Source of the DNA: Candidatus Latescibacterota bacterium
Lineage (GTDB): Bacteria > Latescibacterota > UBA2968 > UBA8231
Assembly (NCBI GenBank): GCA_963422735.1
Contig: OY730476.1
Location: 2,720,001 to 2,784,000 of the forward strand
Direction: 5' to 3'
DNA: 64,000 bases
Numbering within the stretch: the first letter of the stretch is position 1; each line of letters starts with the position of its first letter. The notes beneath the pieces are model-generated. The model searched no databases and was not told the DNA's origin. It worked only from the letters and a program-made list of their open reading frames with translations. A program made the translations under genes and the position numbers. This document shows positions 29,478 to 39,406 of this stretch, piece after piece.

Positions 29478-30324
29478 CTCGCTTCACTGAGCCTTCAGGC
29501 GTGAAAACGCCGCGCTCAAAGCGCTGGCGATCAACCGAGCTTATTGGGGCACTGAGCGAATAGCGGAGCGGCGTAATCGCGATCGCGCCGTGCGCCAGGG
29601 CCTCCACATCGCTGTTAACTCCATCGCCGACCAACTGCGACCGGCAGCTATGGTATTCAAAGTGCGGCTCGGCCGCGTGCCGGGCAAATAGCGGACCATA
29701 GCTCGTCTTCGCCAAGCCCGTCAGGCATCTCGGGGATTCGCGCCTAGTACTGGCGGGCATGTTCACCGCAATCATGTCGGCACCAGCGGGCAACCCCCCG
29801 CGCAAGATCTCGGCGGCGATGTCGGCAGTGACAGCCGCCGCTGCCACGACCAGCGCATCGAGCGCGGGATCCAGTCGCCGCGACCGCCGCCAAAGGGCAA
29901 AGGCCGGTCCGGGCAGTTCCAGCGAAAAAGCCGCGGACGGCACCCCGGCGAGAAAGCCCTCGACCGCCGCCCCTATGGTGCCGGAACTCAGCGCGAAAGC
30001 GAGGCCGGAGTTGGTGCCCATATTGATGCCGGAAACGACTAGGGCCGGCTTTGCGGAACAGAGGTTGTGAATGCCGATATTGGCGCAGTCGGCTGGCTTG
30101 CCGGTCAGCGTCTGGACGGGAAATTCGCCGCATTCGATCTCGGCCAGCACCAGCGGCTCAAAGCGGCTCATACTCTTGCTGGTCCAACTGCATTCCGCCG
30201 CCGGCACAACCACGCACAGTTCGGCCAACTCGGATAACTTCCGTAGCAAAGGCACCAAAATGGGCGAATCAGCACCGTCGTCGTTTGTCACCAATACTTG
30301 TACTTGGGATTTTACAACGGGCAC
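29464..30324 (-). CDS. surE: 5'/3'-nucleotidase SurE
   Basis: LVTNDDG, GKPADC, SGINMG.N, SGTIGAA.EG, ITPL. Confidence 0.88.
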   Translation of the reverse strand: MPVVKSQVQVLVTNDDGADSPILVPLLRKLSELAELCVVVPAAECSWTSKSMSRFEPLVLAEIECGEFPVQTLTGKPADCANIGIHNLCSAKPALVVSGINMGTNSGLAFALSSGTIGAAVEGFLAGVPSAAFSLELPGPAFALWRRSRRLDPALDALVVAAAAVTADIAAEILRGGLPAGADMIAVNMPASTRRESPRCLTGLAKTSYGPLFARHAAEPHFEYHSCRSQLVGDGVNSDVEALAHGAIAITPLRYSLSAPISSVDRQRFERGVFTPEGSVKRGGRG

Positions 30325-30450
30325 AGGCGGACTTCCCTTCGCTATAGACGATAAACGCGCTCTGGGGTGGCGTCATTATAATAACAATCCGCCATTCGGC
30401 TCCCAACAATTTCCTTGCTTAGCTGCGGCCTGCGGTCCTATTATTTTGCT

Positions 30451-30714
30451 ATGGATGACTCCATTCTCCTACAGGAACTTGAAACCCTCGCCGAGGGGCT
30501 AGATATCGAGGTGCGCTACGACGATTTCGAAGGCCGAGGTGGGCTTTGCCGCTACGGCGGTAGGTCCTGCTTGATTGTCAACCACGAGCTCGATACTAGC
30601 ACCCGCGTACATTTGTTATGCCGTGCCCTTTCGCGGCTACCTCTCGATGCGGTCTTTATCCGTCCCCAAGTGCGGGAGCGGATCGAAAAATGTAGATCGC
30701 ACGCAGCCGCCTAA
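30451..30714 (+). CDS. Small conserved hypothetical protein (ImmA/IrrE-like N-terminal fold without HExxH)
   Basis: LE.LAE.L.IEVRY....GGLC..., L..VFIRPQVRE. Confidence 0.6.
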   Translation: MDDSILLQELETLAEGLDIEVRYDDFEGRGGLCRYGGRSCLIVNHELDTSTRVHLLCRALSRLPLDAVFIRPQVRERIEKCRSHAAA

Positions 30715-30810
30715 TCGCCTACAGTTCAGCCGCTGACGCGTCCTAGTTCCAGATGGGATCGCGAGCTTTCCCGACAAAATTTCACCGCCCGCAGAGCGGA
30801 CGGCCCTTCC

Positions 30811-30839
30811 TTGACAGTCCCTATCTCATGGCCTATTTT
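30811..30839 (+). promoter_or_regulatory. Sigma70-like promoter for rpmI-rplT
   Basis: TTGACA-N17-TATTTT upstream of rpmI. Confidence 0.45.
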
Positions 30840-30876
30840 TTGCTCTCTTACCCAAAATCAAGACAGAAAGACCACC

Positions 30877-31074
30877 ATGCCCAAAATCAAGACGCACAAA
30901 TCCTCGGCCAAGCGCTTTAAGCAGCGCGGATCGGGCCGCCTGAAACGACGCAATGCCTATGCCACTCATCTTTTGGGCGGTCGCTCGACCAAGCGCAAAC
31001 GGGCTCTCCGCAAAAACAACCCAGTCTCGTCCGCAGACCTATCCAATGTTCGCCGTGCCCTGAACCTCAAGTAA
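30877..31074 (+). CDS. rpmI: 50S ribosomal protein L35
   Basis: MPKIKTHKSSAKRF. Confidence 0.95.
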   Translation: MPKIKTHKSSAKRFKQRGSGRLKRRNAYATHLLGGRSTKRKRALRKNNPVSSADLSNVRRALNLK

Positions 31075-31097
31075 GCGAGTTTAACGGAGAATAATCC

Positions 31098-31451
31098 ATG
31101 CCACGGGTAAATCACGCCGTAGCCACCAAAAAGCGAAAGAAGAAGGTACTCAAGCAATCCAAAGGTTATTGGGGCGCACGTAGCCGCCTCTTCCGCACCG
31201 CTAGAGAAGCCGTCGATCGCGCTCAAGCCTATGCCTACCGCGACCGCCGCCAGCGCAAGCGGGATTTCCGCCGCCTCTGGATTGTCCGCATCAATGCCGC
31301 CGCCCGCCGCAACGGCATGTCTTATAGCCAACTCGTCCACGGGCTGGACCAAGCCGGCGTTGCAATCAACCGCAAAGTCTTGGCCGATCTAGCCGTGCGC
31401 GATCCGGCCGCCTTTACCGCGGTAGTCGAACAAGCCCGACCCCACGTCTAA
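31098..31451 (+). CDS. rplT: 50S ribosomal protein L20
   Basis: [30 protein letters not shown]. Confidence 0.98.
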   Translation: MPRVNHAVATKKRKKKVLKQSKGYWGARSRLFRTAREAVDRAQAYAYRDRRQRKRDFRRLWIVRINAAARRNGMSYSQLVHGLDQAGVAINRKVLADLAVRDPAAFTAVVEQARPHV

Positions 31452-31468
31452 ATTTACACCCACCTGGC

Positions 31469-31508
31469 AAAAAAGGGGCCGGCGATACGCGCTGGGCCCT
31501 TTTTGTTT
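31469..31508 (+). terminator. Rho-independent terminator or attenuator between rplT and pheS
   Basis: A-run, GGGGCCGGCG...CGCTGGGCCC stem, T-run. Confidence 0.6.
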
Positions 31509-31521
31509 TATATAGGTCTAT

Positions 31522-32532
31522 ATGCTAGAAGAAGTGCGACAATTAGCGTCGGTGGCCGTAGAGGAAATCGAGGCCGCCCAAGGCGATAAGGCACTGGAGG
31601 CACTGCGAGTTCATCACCTCGGGCGCAAGAGCCGGTTGCGCCGGATCGCACGACAGATCGGCCATCTGCCCGCCGCCCAACGACCAGCACTAGGGGAGGC
31701 CACCGGTCGCGCTCAAAAGGCCATTCAACAGGCTCTAGACGACAAGGCCCTGGCCCTCCGGCAGAGGGCCGAAGCGGCTTCTACCCTCGACGTAACGCTC
31801 CCGGGCCGACGGCCCCTCCTAGGCTGTGCCCACCCCTTGTCCCAGCTAACCGACGAATTGATCGGCATCTTCCAAGGCATGGGTTTTGACGTGGCCGACG
31901 GACCAGAAGCCGAGGACGAGTACCACAACTTCGATGCCCTCAACACCCCGGCCGACCACCCCGCGCGCGACCTGCACGACACCTTCTATCTAGAGAGCGG
32001 TGGACTCATGCGCACCCACACCTCCACGGTGCAGATTCGCGTCATGGAGCAAACGCCGCCTCCGGTGCGGATCATCTCGTTGGGACGCTGCTACCGCAAG
32101 GAGACAGTCGATGCAACCCATCACTTCGCCTTCCACCAGATCGAGGGCCTATACGTCAACCACAGGGTCTCTTTCGCCGATTTGAAGGGCACTATTGAGG
32201 CCATGGGACGCCAGCTTATGGGCGAGGAGACCCGAGTGCGCTTTCGGCCTCACTTCTTTCCCTTTACTGAGCCAAGCGTGGAATACGATTTCACCTGCAT
32301 CTGCAAAGGGCAACGCGCGAACTGCTCCATCTGCAAGGGAACGGGTTGGATCGAAATCGCCGGGGCTGGCATGGTCAATCCGGCTGTCTTTGCCGCGGTG
32401 GGCTACGACCCAGAGGAATACACTGGCTTCGCCTTCGGCATGGGATTGGAGCGGATCGCCATGATTCGGCACGGCATCGACGACGTGCGGCGCTTCCTCG
32501 ACAACGACTTGCGGTTCATCCGACAGTTCTGA
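31522..32532 (+). CDS. pheS: Phenylalanine-tRNA ligase alpha subunit
   Basis: HPARDLHDTFY, RTHTS, FHQIEG, FPFTEPS, GFAFGMGLER. Confidence 0.98.
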   Translation: MLEEVRQLASVAVEEIEAAQGDKALEALRVHHLGRKSRLRRIARQIGHLPAAQRPALGEATGRAQKAIQQALDDKALALRQRAEAASTLDVTLPGRRPLLGCAHPLSQLTDELIGIFQGMGFDVADGPEAEDEYHNFDALNTPADHPARDLHDTFYLESGGLMRTHTSTVQIRVMEQTPPPVRIISLGRCYRKETVDATHHFAFHQIEGLYVNHRVSFADLKGTIEAMGRQLMGEETRVRFRPHFFPFTEPSVEYDFTCICKGQRANCSICKGTGWIEIAGAGMVNPAVFAAVGYDPEEYTGFAFGMGLERIAMIRHGIDDVRRFLDNDLRFIRQF

Positions 32533-32549
32533 GGTCTCAGTAACGCCTT

Positions 32550-34928
32550 ATGAAAATCACGTACAACTGGCTCAAGGAATACGTGGACTTCGCCTGGGAT
32601 TGGCCCGAGCTAGCCGAGCACCTGACTATGGCAGGCTTGGCATTCGAGGGCGTCGAGGATCTCGGTGCGCGCTACGAGGGCGTCGTCATCGGCCGCGTCA
32701 ACTCCTGTCGCCCACACGAAAACGCCGATCGCTTGACTGTCTGCCAAGTCGATGTGGGGACCGGGGTCAACACCATCGTCTGCGGAGCACCCAATGTCGC
32801 GACCGGGCAAACCGTCGCCGTCGCCCTACCCGGCACCGAGCTACCCGGAGGCATGCTGATCAAAAAAGCCAAAATCCGCGGCGTCGCATCCGAGGGCATG
32901 CTCTGTGCCGAAGACGAGCTCGGGCTAGGCGATAACCACCACGGCATTGTGGTGCTCAACGAGAACCTCGAGGTCGGCACCCCCTTTGCCGCAGCCACTA
33001 GGCGCGGCGACGTGGTCATCGACCTCGAGGTTACGCCCAACCGCCCGGACTGCCTGAGCCTCTTGGGCATTGCCCGCGAGGTCCATGCGCTCACCGGCAA
33101 CCCCCTCCGTTTTCCCAACGTACAGGTGCCCGAAAGCGGACCGGCCACCGCGGAAGACGTGCGGATCGACATCGAGGCACCGGACGATTGCCCGCGCTAC
33201 GTCGGCCGCGTCGTGCGCGGCATCGAGGTTGGCCCCTCGCCCCAGTGGCTCCAGCGCCGACTCCAAGCCGTGGGTCAGCGCCCGATCAACAACATCGTCG
33301 ATATCACTAACTACGTACTGCTGGAATTGGGACATCCTCTGCACGCTTTCGACCTACACGCACTGGACCAGCGGCGCATCATCGTCCGCCGGGCGCGCTC
33401 CGGCGAAACCTTGGAAACTCTCGACGGCACTCAGTGTCAACTCGACGAAGAGATGCTGGTCATCGCCGATGGGACGCGGCCCCAAGCACTAGCCGGGGTC
33501 ATAGGTGGGGCCCATTCCCAAATATCGGCGGCCACTACTGACATTCTGCTCGAAAGCGCGTATTTCGCACCGTCGCGGGTGCGACTGACCCGGTCTCGCC
33601 TAGGGCTTTTCACCGAGGCGGCCACGCGCTTTGAGCGCGGTGCCGATTGGGACGCCCCGGTGCAGGCGATTGACCGCGCCGCTCGCCTAATCGCCGAACT
33701 GGCCGGCGGCGCGGTCGCCCCAGATCCTTTAGACGTGTACCCCCGCCCCGGCCAACGCCGCCAAATCCCGCTCTGCGTCGATCTCACCAACCAGCTCTTG
33801 GCTACGGAGTTAGACTCCGCTGCTATCGTCCAGACTCTCGAGCGTCTCGGCTGCCGGGTCGAATCGGACCGTCCCCTCCTGGTAACGGCCCCGAGCTTCC
33901 GCCCCGATCTAGCTCGCCCGGCCGACCTCATTGAGGAGGTCGGCCGCATCTACGGCTTCGACCTCATCGAGGGCCGCCAAGAGGCATCTGGGCCTTGGAT
34001 CACTCGGCGCGACCCCGAGCTCGCCTTTAGGCAGGTCGCTCGGCAACGGCTCTTGGGCTTGGGTTTGGACGAAGTCGTTAGCAATACGATCGTCGAATCT
34101 CGCTGGCTCGAGTTGGCCGGTGCCGCAGACCAAGCCGCCCGCTTGGCCAATCCGCCGACCGAAACCCAAGACGCCTTGCGCACCACCTTGGTACCGAGCC
34201 TCTTGGATGTCGCGTGCCGCAACTTCAACCAGCGGGCCGCGGGGGTGGCCATTTTTGAGCTAGGCAAATGTTTTGTCGCCGGTGCGGAAAAGGGCGCAAG
34301 ACCCGAGGAAAATTGGCACCTCGCAGCCTTGTGGTCGGGCCGCGTCTCAGCCTCTCCCTATCAGGCCGACGCCCGCGAAGCCGACTTCTTCGACCTCAAG
34401 GGCTTGCTCGAAGCGCTAGTAGGCGAGGGGGATCTGTGCTTTACCCCCGCCGACCGCTCCGAATGCCACTCGGGACACGCGGCCTGCGTCTCCCTCGGCG
34501 GACAGCCCCTCGGCTGGTTGGGCCAAGTTTCGGCCGGCTTATGCGCGGCATTTGATTTAGAGCGTCAAGTACATATTTTTGAAATATCGTTTACCGCGCT
34601 AGTGCGCCATTGGCACGGTCGGGAGCGCTCGTTTTCTGCGCTTCCTAAATTTCCGCCGATTGAGCGCGACTTGGCCGTAGTCGTCCGCGCAGACACTACA
34701 ACTGCCGAACTCATCGCCACCATGAGAGATAGCGCGCCCCGCCTCGTCGAATCCATCGAGGTTTTTGACCTCTATCAAGGGGATCAAATAGAAGAAGGCC
34801 ACAAGAGCATGGCTTTCGCCATCCGTCTGCGCGACCGCGAGCAGACGTTGCAGGACGCTCAGGCCGACGCGGCGATCTCCTCGATGCTCAAGGGTCTCAA
34901 AACGCGATTCGGCGCTCGTTTGCGCTAA
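32550..34928 (+). CDS. pheT: Phenylalanine-tRNA ligase beta subunit
   Basis: IVCGAPN, TPNRPDCLS, NNIVDITNY, RFERG, DLIEEVGRIYG, ERDLA. Confidence 0.97.
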   Translation: MKITYNWLKEYVDFAWDWPELAEHLTMAGLAFEGVEDLGARYEGVVIGRVNSCRPHENADRLTVCQVDVGTGVNTIVCGAPNVATGQTVAVALPGTELPGGMLIKKAKIRGVASEGMLCAEDELGLGDNHHGIVVLNENLEVGTPFAAATRRGDVVIDLEVTPNRPDCLSLLGIAREVHALTGNPLRFPNVQVPESGPATAEDVRIDIEAPDDCPRYVGRVVRGIEVGPSPQWLQRRLQAVGQRPINNIVDITNYVLLELGHPLHAFDLHALDQRRIIVRRARSGETLETLDGTQCQLDEEMLVIADGTRPQALAGVIGGAHSQISAATTDILLESAYFAPSRVRLTRSRLGLFTEAATRFERGADWDAPVQAIDRAARLIAELAGGAVAPDPLDVYPRPGQRRQIPLCVDLTNQLLATELDSAAIVQTLERLGCRVESDRPLLVTAPSFRPDLARPADLIEEVGRIYGFDLIEGRQEASGPWITRRDPELAFRQVARQRLLGLGLDEVVSNTIVESRWLELAGAADQAARLANPPTETQDALRTTLVPSLLDVACRNFNQRAAGVAIFELGKCFVAGAEKGARPEENWHLAALWSGRVSASPYQADAREADFFDLKGLLEALVGEGDLCFTPADRSECHSGHAACVSLGGQPLGWLGQVSAGLCAAFDLERQVHIFEISFTALVRHWHGRERSFSALPKFPPIERDLAVVVRADTTTAELIATMRDSAPRLVESIEVFDLYQGDQIEEGHKSMAFAIRLRDREQTLQDAQADAAISSMLKGLKTRFGARLR

Positions 34929-34961
34929 TCCCAACCTCAAAATCAGGAGTACAGCCGCCCA

Positions 34962-35243
34962 ATGGATGTAAACGAAAATTTTGAACGCCTTGAGCACCAC
35001 ATCAACCGCCTGACGGGAGTACTCGAAACGCTCCGCAAGGAAAACGACGAGCTAAATGGGCAGATCGAGAGCCTCCAAGAAAGAAATGACACCCTGCAGG
35101 CAGACATCGAGAGCCTCCAAGAAAAAATTAGCGTCGCCAGCAGTGAAAACGAACAGTTCAAAAGGGACAAAGAAGCGGTGAAGGGACGCATCGAACAGCT
35201 CCTCACCCGCTTGGACAACGCCGTCAGCAGTGAAAACGAATAG
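34962..35243 (+). CDS. zapB: Cell division coiled-coil protein, ZapB-like
   Basis: Pure heptad coiled coil between pheT and zapA. Confidence 0.65.
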   Translation: MDVNENFERLEHHINRLTGVLETLRKENDELNGQIESLQERNDTLQADIESLQEKISVASSENEQFKRDKEAVKGRIEQLLTRLDNAVSSENE

Positions 35244-35310
35244 CTCGAGCAGGTCGAAGCGGCCCACATAGCGGTCGAACAGAATAAAGATATCTGAGAA
35301 AGGGGTATAT

Positions 35311-35625
35311 ATGTCGTCCCAAGTAGTGGTCAAAATATTCGACAAGCACTATACCCTAGGAGTTGACCAAGATCATTCTGCCGAACACGTGCAAAAGCTC
35401 GCCGAGATGGTGGACGAACGCATGCTCGAGATCAAGCGCGAGATCAAAGGCGGCTCCCCACTCCAAGTGGCTATCTTGGCTAGTCTGAGCTTGGTGGAGG
35501 AACTTCTATCCCTGCGAGAGGACTACGCTTCCGCCGAAGCCGATATCGCCCTGCGGACTTCTCAGCTCGCCACCTCGCTTGGGCACCTTTTCGCCGAAGT
35601 AGAAGTTCCCCGTTCCGATAGCTAA
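35311..35625 (+). CDS. zapA: Cell division protein ZapA
   Basis: V.IFDK.Y.L, LA..VDERM.EI, VAILASL...EEL. Confidence 0.85.
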   Translation: MSSQVVVKIFDKHYTLGVDQDHSAEHVQKLAEMVDERMLEIKREIKGGSPLQVAILASLSLVEELLSLREDYASAEADIALRTSQLATSLGHLFAEVEVPRSDS

Positions 35626-35704
35626 AGCAGTATTCTGAGCCGGGTTCGCCCTGTGCTCTGGCCCGATGCCTGAAGGCGTCGAGACCAATGAGAAAGAGAT
35701 ACCC

Positions 35705-37279
35705 GTGCTTGATGGGTTTGACTATATCGTCCTAATCTGTTCTGCCTTCGCCTTTTTCGCCGGCGGCTGTCTCCTCGGCTGGCTAGGGAGCGAGCGGCTG
35801 CACAACAGCAGGCTGCGCAGCACCCAAGCCACCGCCGATCAGATCGTCGCCCGCGCCCACCAAGAAGCCGAGGTCCTAAAAAAAAATGCCTTGCTCGAAG
35901 CGAGAGGCAAATGGCACAGTGAGCGCGCCCCACTAGAAAAAGAGCAAGAGACACAAAAGCGCACGATGCGCGACCTCGCGGCCAAGCTGCTAGAGCGCGA
36001 ACAGCAACTAGAGCGCAAGATAGACCTGCTCACGAGTAAGGAGCGCGAACAGCTCAAGAACGAGCAGGACCTCGATCGCCGCGAAGCAGCCATAACTGCA
36101 GCAGAGACGCAAGCACAGGACCTCGTCCGCGAGCAGAGTAGGCTGCTGGAAGAGCTGGCTGGCATCAGCCAGCAAGAGGCCCGGCGTATACTCGTTGATC
36201 AGCTGGAGGGAGGCGCACGCCGAGTCGCCGCCCGCAAGGTCCGCGAGATCAAGGACACCGCGATTGCCACAGCCAACCTAGAGGCCAAGGAAATTATCAC
36301 TCGCGCCATCCAGCGCTTCGCCGGGGAACTGACCGTCGAGAGCACTCTTTCGGTGTTGCCCATCCCCTTCGATGACATGAAGGGGCGCATCATCGGTCGC
36401 GACGGGCGCAACATCCGCTCTTTTGAAATGATCACCGGCGTCGAAGTCATCGTCGATGATACTCCTGGCATGGTCATGCTCTCGGGCTATGATCCACTGC
36501 GCCGCGAGGTGGCCAGACATACCCTCGAAACGCTCATCCGCGACGGGCGCATCCACCCCGGGCGCATCGAGGAAGTGTACGACAAGGCTCGCAGCGCCGT
36601 CGAAGAGATGATCCGCGAGTCCGGCTCCAAAGTCGCTTTCGACCTCGACATTCACGACTTGGCCGAGCCGCTATTGGAAATTCTGGGCAAACTCCGCTTC
36701 CGCACCAGCTACGGTCAAAACTTGTTGGTCCACAGCAAGGAAGTCGGGTTTTTGGCCGGCATGATGGCCGAGATGCTCGACCTCGATGTGACGCTGGCCC
36801 GCCGCGCCGGTCTCTTGCACGACATAGGCAAGGCACAGGACTTTGAATTGGGCAACGACCCAGCGCAAAGCAGCGCCGTACTGGCTCGCAAGTGCGGCGA
36901 AAGCCCTGAAGTCGTGCAGATCATCGAAACCCACAGCAAGCACACGCCCTCGCGCTCAGCCCTCGCCGTACTAGTCGAAGCCGCCAACGAAATCTCCACC
37001 CACCGCCCAGGTGCCCGCAAGGAAAAAGTCGAGGAGTACATCCGCCGCTTGCACTATATAGAGGAACTAGCGGCCGACTACGTGGGCGTGAAGCAAGCTT
37101 TTGCCCTGCAAAATGGCAAGGAAATTCGGGTCTTAGTCGATAGCGAGGTGGTGGACGACACGTATGCCGAACAACTCGCCGACGAAATCACCAACAAAAT
37201 CGAGCAACAGCTCGAATACCCCGGACAGTTGCGCGTCTGCATCATTCGCGAGATGCGCGCCGAGTCCTACGCACGGTGA
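35705..37279 (+). CDS. rny: Ribonuclease Y
   Basis: N-terminal TM, coiled coil, KH domain MKGRIIGRDGRNIR, FRTSYGQN, LLHDIGK, RPGAR; start uncertain (35666 or 35705). Confidence 0.92.
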   Translation: MLDGFDYIVLICSAFAFFAGGCLLGWLGSERLHNSRLRSTQATADQIVARAHQEAEVLKKNALLEARGKWHSERAPLEKEQETQKRTMRDLAAKLLEREQQLERKIDLLTSKEREQLKNEQDLDRREAAITAAETQAQDLVREQSRLLEELAGISQQEARRILVDQLEGGARRVAARKVREIKDTAIATANLEAKEIITRAIQRFAGELTVESTLSVLPIPFDDMKGRIIGRDGRNIRSFEMITGVEVIVDDTPGMVMLSGYDPLRREVARHTLETLIRDGRIHPGRIEEVYDKARSAVEEMIRESGSKVAFDLDIHDLAEPLLEILGKLRFRTSYGQNLLVHSKEVGFLAGMMAEMLDLDVTLARRAGLLHDIGKAQDFELGNDPAQSSAVLARKCGESPEVVQIIETHSKHTPSRSALAVLVEAANEISTHRPGARKEKVEEYIRRLHYIEELAADYVGVKQAFALQNGKEIRVLVDSEVVDDTYAEQLADEITNKIEQQLEYPGQLRVCIIREMRAESYAR

Positions 37280-38058
37280 ACATTCTCTTCGTCGCCGATA
37301 TCTTTGCCCAACCGGGTCGCCGGGTCGCCGCGGCCCTGATCCCCGAATTGGTGCAAAAACGCGAAGTCTCTCTGGTGATCGCCAACGGCGAAAATGCAGC
37401 CGGAGGGTTTGGCCTCACCGACCGCATCGCGCACAAGCTGCACAGCTACGGCGCCAACATCATCACCAGTGGCAATCACATCTGGGATCGTCGCGAGTTC
37501 ATCCCGTACCTAGACCAATCAGACCGCGTCCTGCGCCCCTTCAACTACCCAAAAGAAGCTCCCGGCACCGGTGCAACCATCGTCGCCGCACGCGGGGGTT
37601 CCCCGGTAGCCGTGCTCTGCCTCCAGGGGCGCACCGGTATGCCCACCATCGACTGTCCCTTCCGCACAGGCCGCGCCGAGGTCGAGCGCCTGCGCGCGGA
37701 GACACCTCTTATTTTTGTGGATTTCCACGCCGAAGCCACGGCCGAGAAAATGGCCATGGGCTTCCATCTCGACGGACTAGCCACCGCTGTCATCGGCACA
37801 CACACCCACGTTCAAACCGCCGATGAGCGCATCCTGCCCAAAGGCACGGCGTACCTAACCGACGCCGGCATGACCGGCACCCACGAATCCGTGATTGGCG
37901 TGCGTCCCGAAATGGCCATCCAACGCTTCCTAACCCAAGTGCCCACCCGCTTCAAGCCCGCCAACGGCAAGGCGGTCCTCTGCGGCGTACTCGTCGAAGC
38001 CAACGAAGCAAGTGGCCGGGCCACCCGAATCGAGCGGTTGCAGCTAGCGGAGCCTTGA
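37276..38058 (+). CDS. ymdB: YmdB/TIGR00282 family metallophosphoesterase
   Basis: NGENAAGG.G, SGNH.WD, DFHAEAT.EK, GTHTHVQTAD; rny-ymdB synteny. Confidence 0.92.
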   Translation: MNILFVADIFAQPGRRVAAALIPELVQKREVSLVIANGENAAGGFGLTDRIAHKLHSYGANIITSGNHIWDRREFIPYLDQSDRVLRPFNYPKEAPGTGATIVAARGGSPVAVLCLQGRTGMPTIDCPFRTGRAEVERLRAETPLIFVDFHAEATAEKMAMGFHLDGLATAVIGTHTHVQTADERILPKGTAYLTDAGMTGTHESVIGVRPEMAIQRFLTQVPTRFKPANGKAVLCGVLVEANEASGRATRIERLQLAEP

Positions 38059-38086
38059 CCTCGCGTCTTCAGCGGCCTATTCTGGT

Positions 38087-38127
38087 GAATTAGGGATTAG
38101 GCGCGACGATACACTAATTCCTAATTC
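38087..38127. repeat. Heptamer-stem hairpin
   Basis: GAATTAG-GGATTAG ... CTAATTC-CTAATTC inverted pair. Confidence 0.5.
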
Positions 38128-38161
38128 CCGATTGATTCCTCGCTTCCCAACCGGAGTACCT

Positions 38162-39406
38162 ATGTCCTTTCGCGAGCCGATCTTCTGGACCGATACCGAA
38201 GATGCAGCCCACCGGCCCTACTCGGTCTCCGAAATCACCAGCCAAGTCAAGAGCCTGCTCGAGGAGAACCTGATCAAGTGCTGGGTCGAGGGCGAGATTT
38301 CTCAGTACAACCACCACAGCTCTGGCCACCGCTATTTTACGCTCAAAGATAACGCGAGCCAGCTAAGCACCGTGATGTTCAAGTGGAAGGCCGGCTCGCT
38401 CTCCTTCATCCCCCAACAGGGCATGCAGGTACTGGTGTACGGATATATCTCCGTCTTCGAGCGCGGGGGGAAGTACCAGCTCTACGCCGAGCAGGTCAAA
38501 CCCGCTGGCGTCGGCGAGCTGGCCATCGCCTTCGAGCAGCTTAAAAACCGCCTAGAGGCGGAAGGGCTTTTCGCCGAACACCGCAAGCGACCGCTGCCCC
38601 CATATCCCCGCAAAATCGGCGTGGTGACCTCGCCGACCGGCGCGGCCATCCGCGACATCATCCAAGTCCTCGACCGCCGCGCCCCGGATATCGAGATCGT
38701 CCTCTGCCCCGCTCGGGTCCAAGGCGAGGGTGCCGCCACTGAGATCGCCGAAGCCGTCGCCAGCTTAAATCAGCTAGACGACATCGACGTGTTGATCGTC
38801 GGCCGCGGTGGCGGTGCTCCAGAAGACCTCTGGCCCTTCAACGACGAAGCCGTCGCTCGGGCCATCTACCAGTCGCCGCAGCCCGTCATCTCCGCCGTTG
38901 GCCACGAGATCGATTACACCATCGCTGACTACGTGGCCGACTGTCGCGCCCCGACTCCCTCGGCCGCGGCCGAAATGGTCGCCCGTGAACGCAGTGCTCT
39001 GCGCGAGCGGGTCGCCGAGCAACAAGGCCGTTTGCTAGCGGAAATAGAGCACTATCTCAGCTCCTTAGAGGAGCGGCTGCGCCACTGCGATCCGAGCCGC
39101 CTACGCGCACGCCTCGACGACCGCCTGCAACAGCAAAGCCTCTACCTCGACGAGCGGTGCCAAGCCCTCTCTACCGCTTTTGATTGGTTTTTGCGCACTC
39201 GGGTCGAGACTCTAGCCAACTCCGCCACCCGCCTCGACGATCTCAGCCCGCTTACGAGCTTAGCGCGCGGTTTTGCTCTAGTGGAACACATCGCCAACAA
39301 ACGCCTCGTCCGCGACGGCAAGGATCTGCAGCCGGGCGATAAACTGCAACTGCGCTTTCGCCGCGGAGGCGCCATCTGCTGTGTGGAGGAGAAACTCGAT
39401 GAGTGA
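38162..39406 (+). CDS. xseA: Exodeoxyribonuclease VII large subunit
   Basis: WVEGEIS, SGH.YFTLKD, TSPTGAAIRD, GRGGG, SAVGHE.D, APTPSAAAE. Confidence 0.96.
   Translation: MSFREPIFWTDTEDAAHRPYSVSEITSQVKSLLEENLIKCWVEGEISQYNHHSSGHRYFTLKDNASQLSTVMFKWKAGSLSFIPQQGMQVLVYGYISVFERGGKYQLYAEQVKPAGVGELAIAFEQLKNRLEAEGLFAEHRKRPLPPYPRKIGVVTSPTGAAIRDIIQVLDRRAPDIEIVLCPARVQGEGAATEIAEAVASLNQLDDIDVLIVGRGGGAPEDLWPFNDEAVARAIYQSPQPVISAVGHEIDYTIADYVADCRAPTPSAAAEMVARERSALRERVAEQQGRLLAEIEHYLSSLEERLRHCDPSRLRARLDDRLQQQSLYLDERCQALSTAFDWFLRTRVETLANSATRLDDLSPLTSLARGFALVEHIANKRLVRDGKDLQPGDKLQLRFRRGGAICCVEEKLDE

Noticed and set aside
35626-35704. 6S RNA expected downstream of zapA
   Set aside because: The gap is only ~40-80 nt, too short for a ~180-nt 6S rod.
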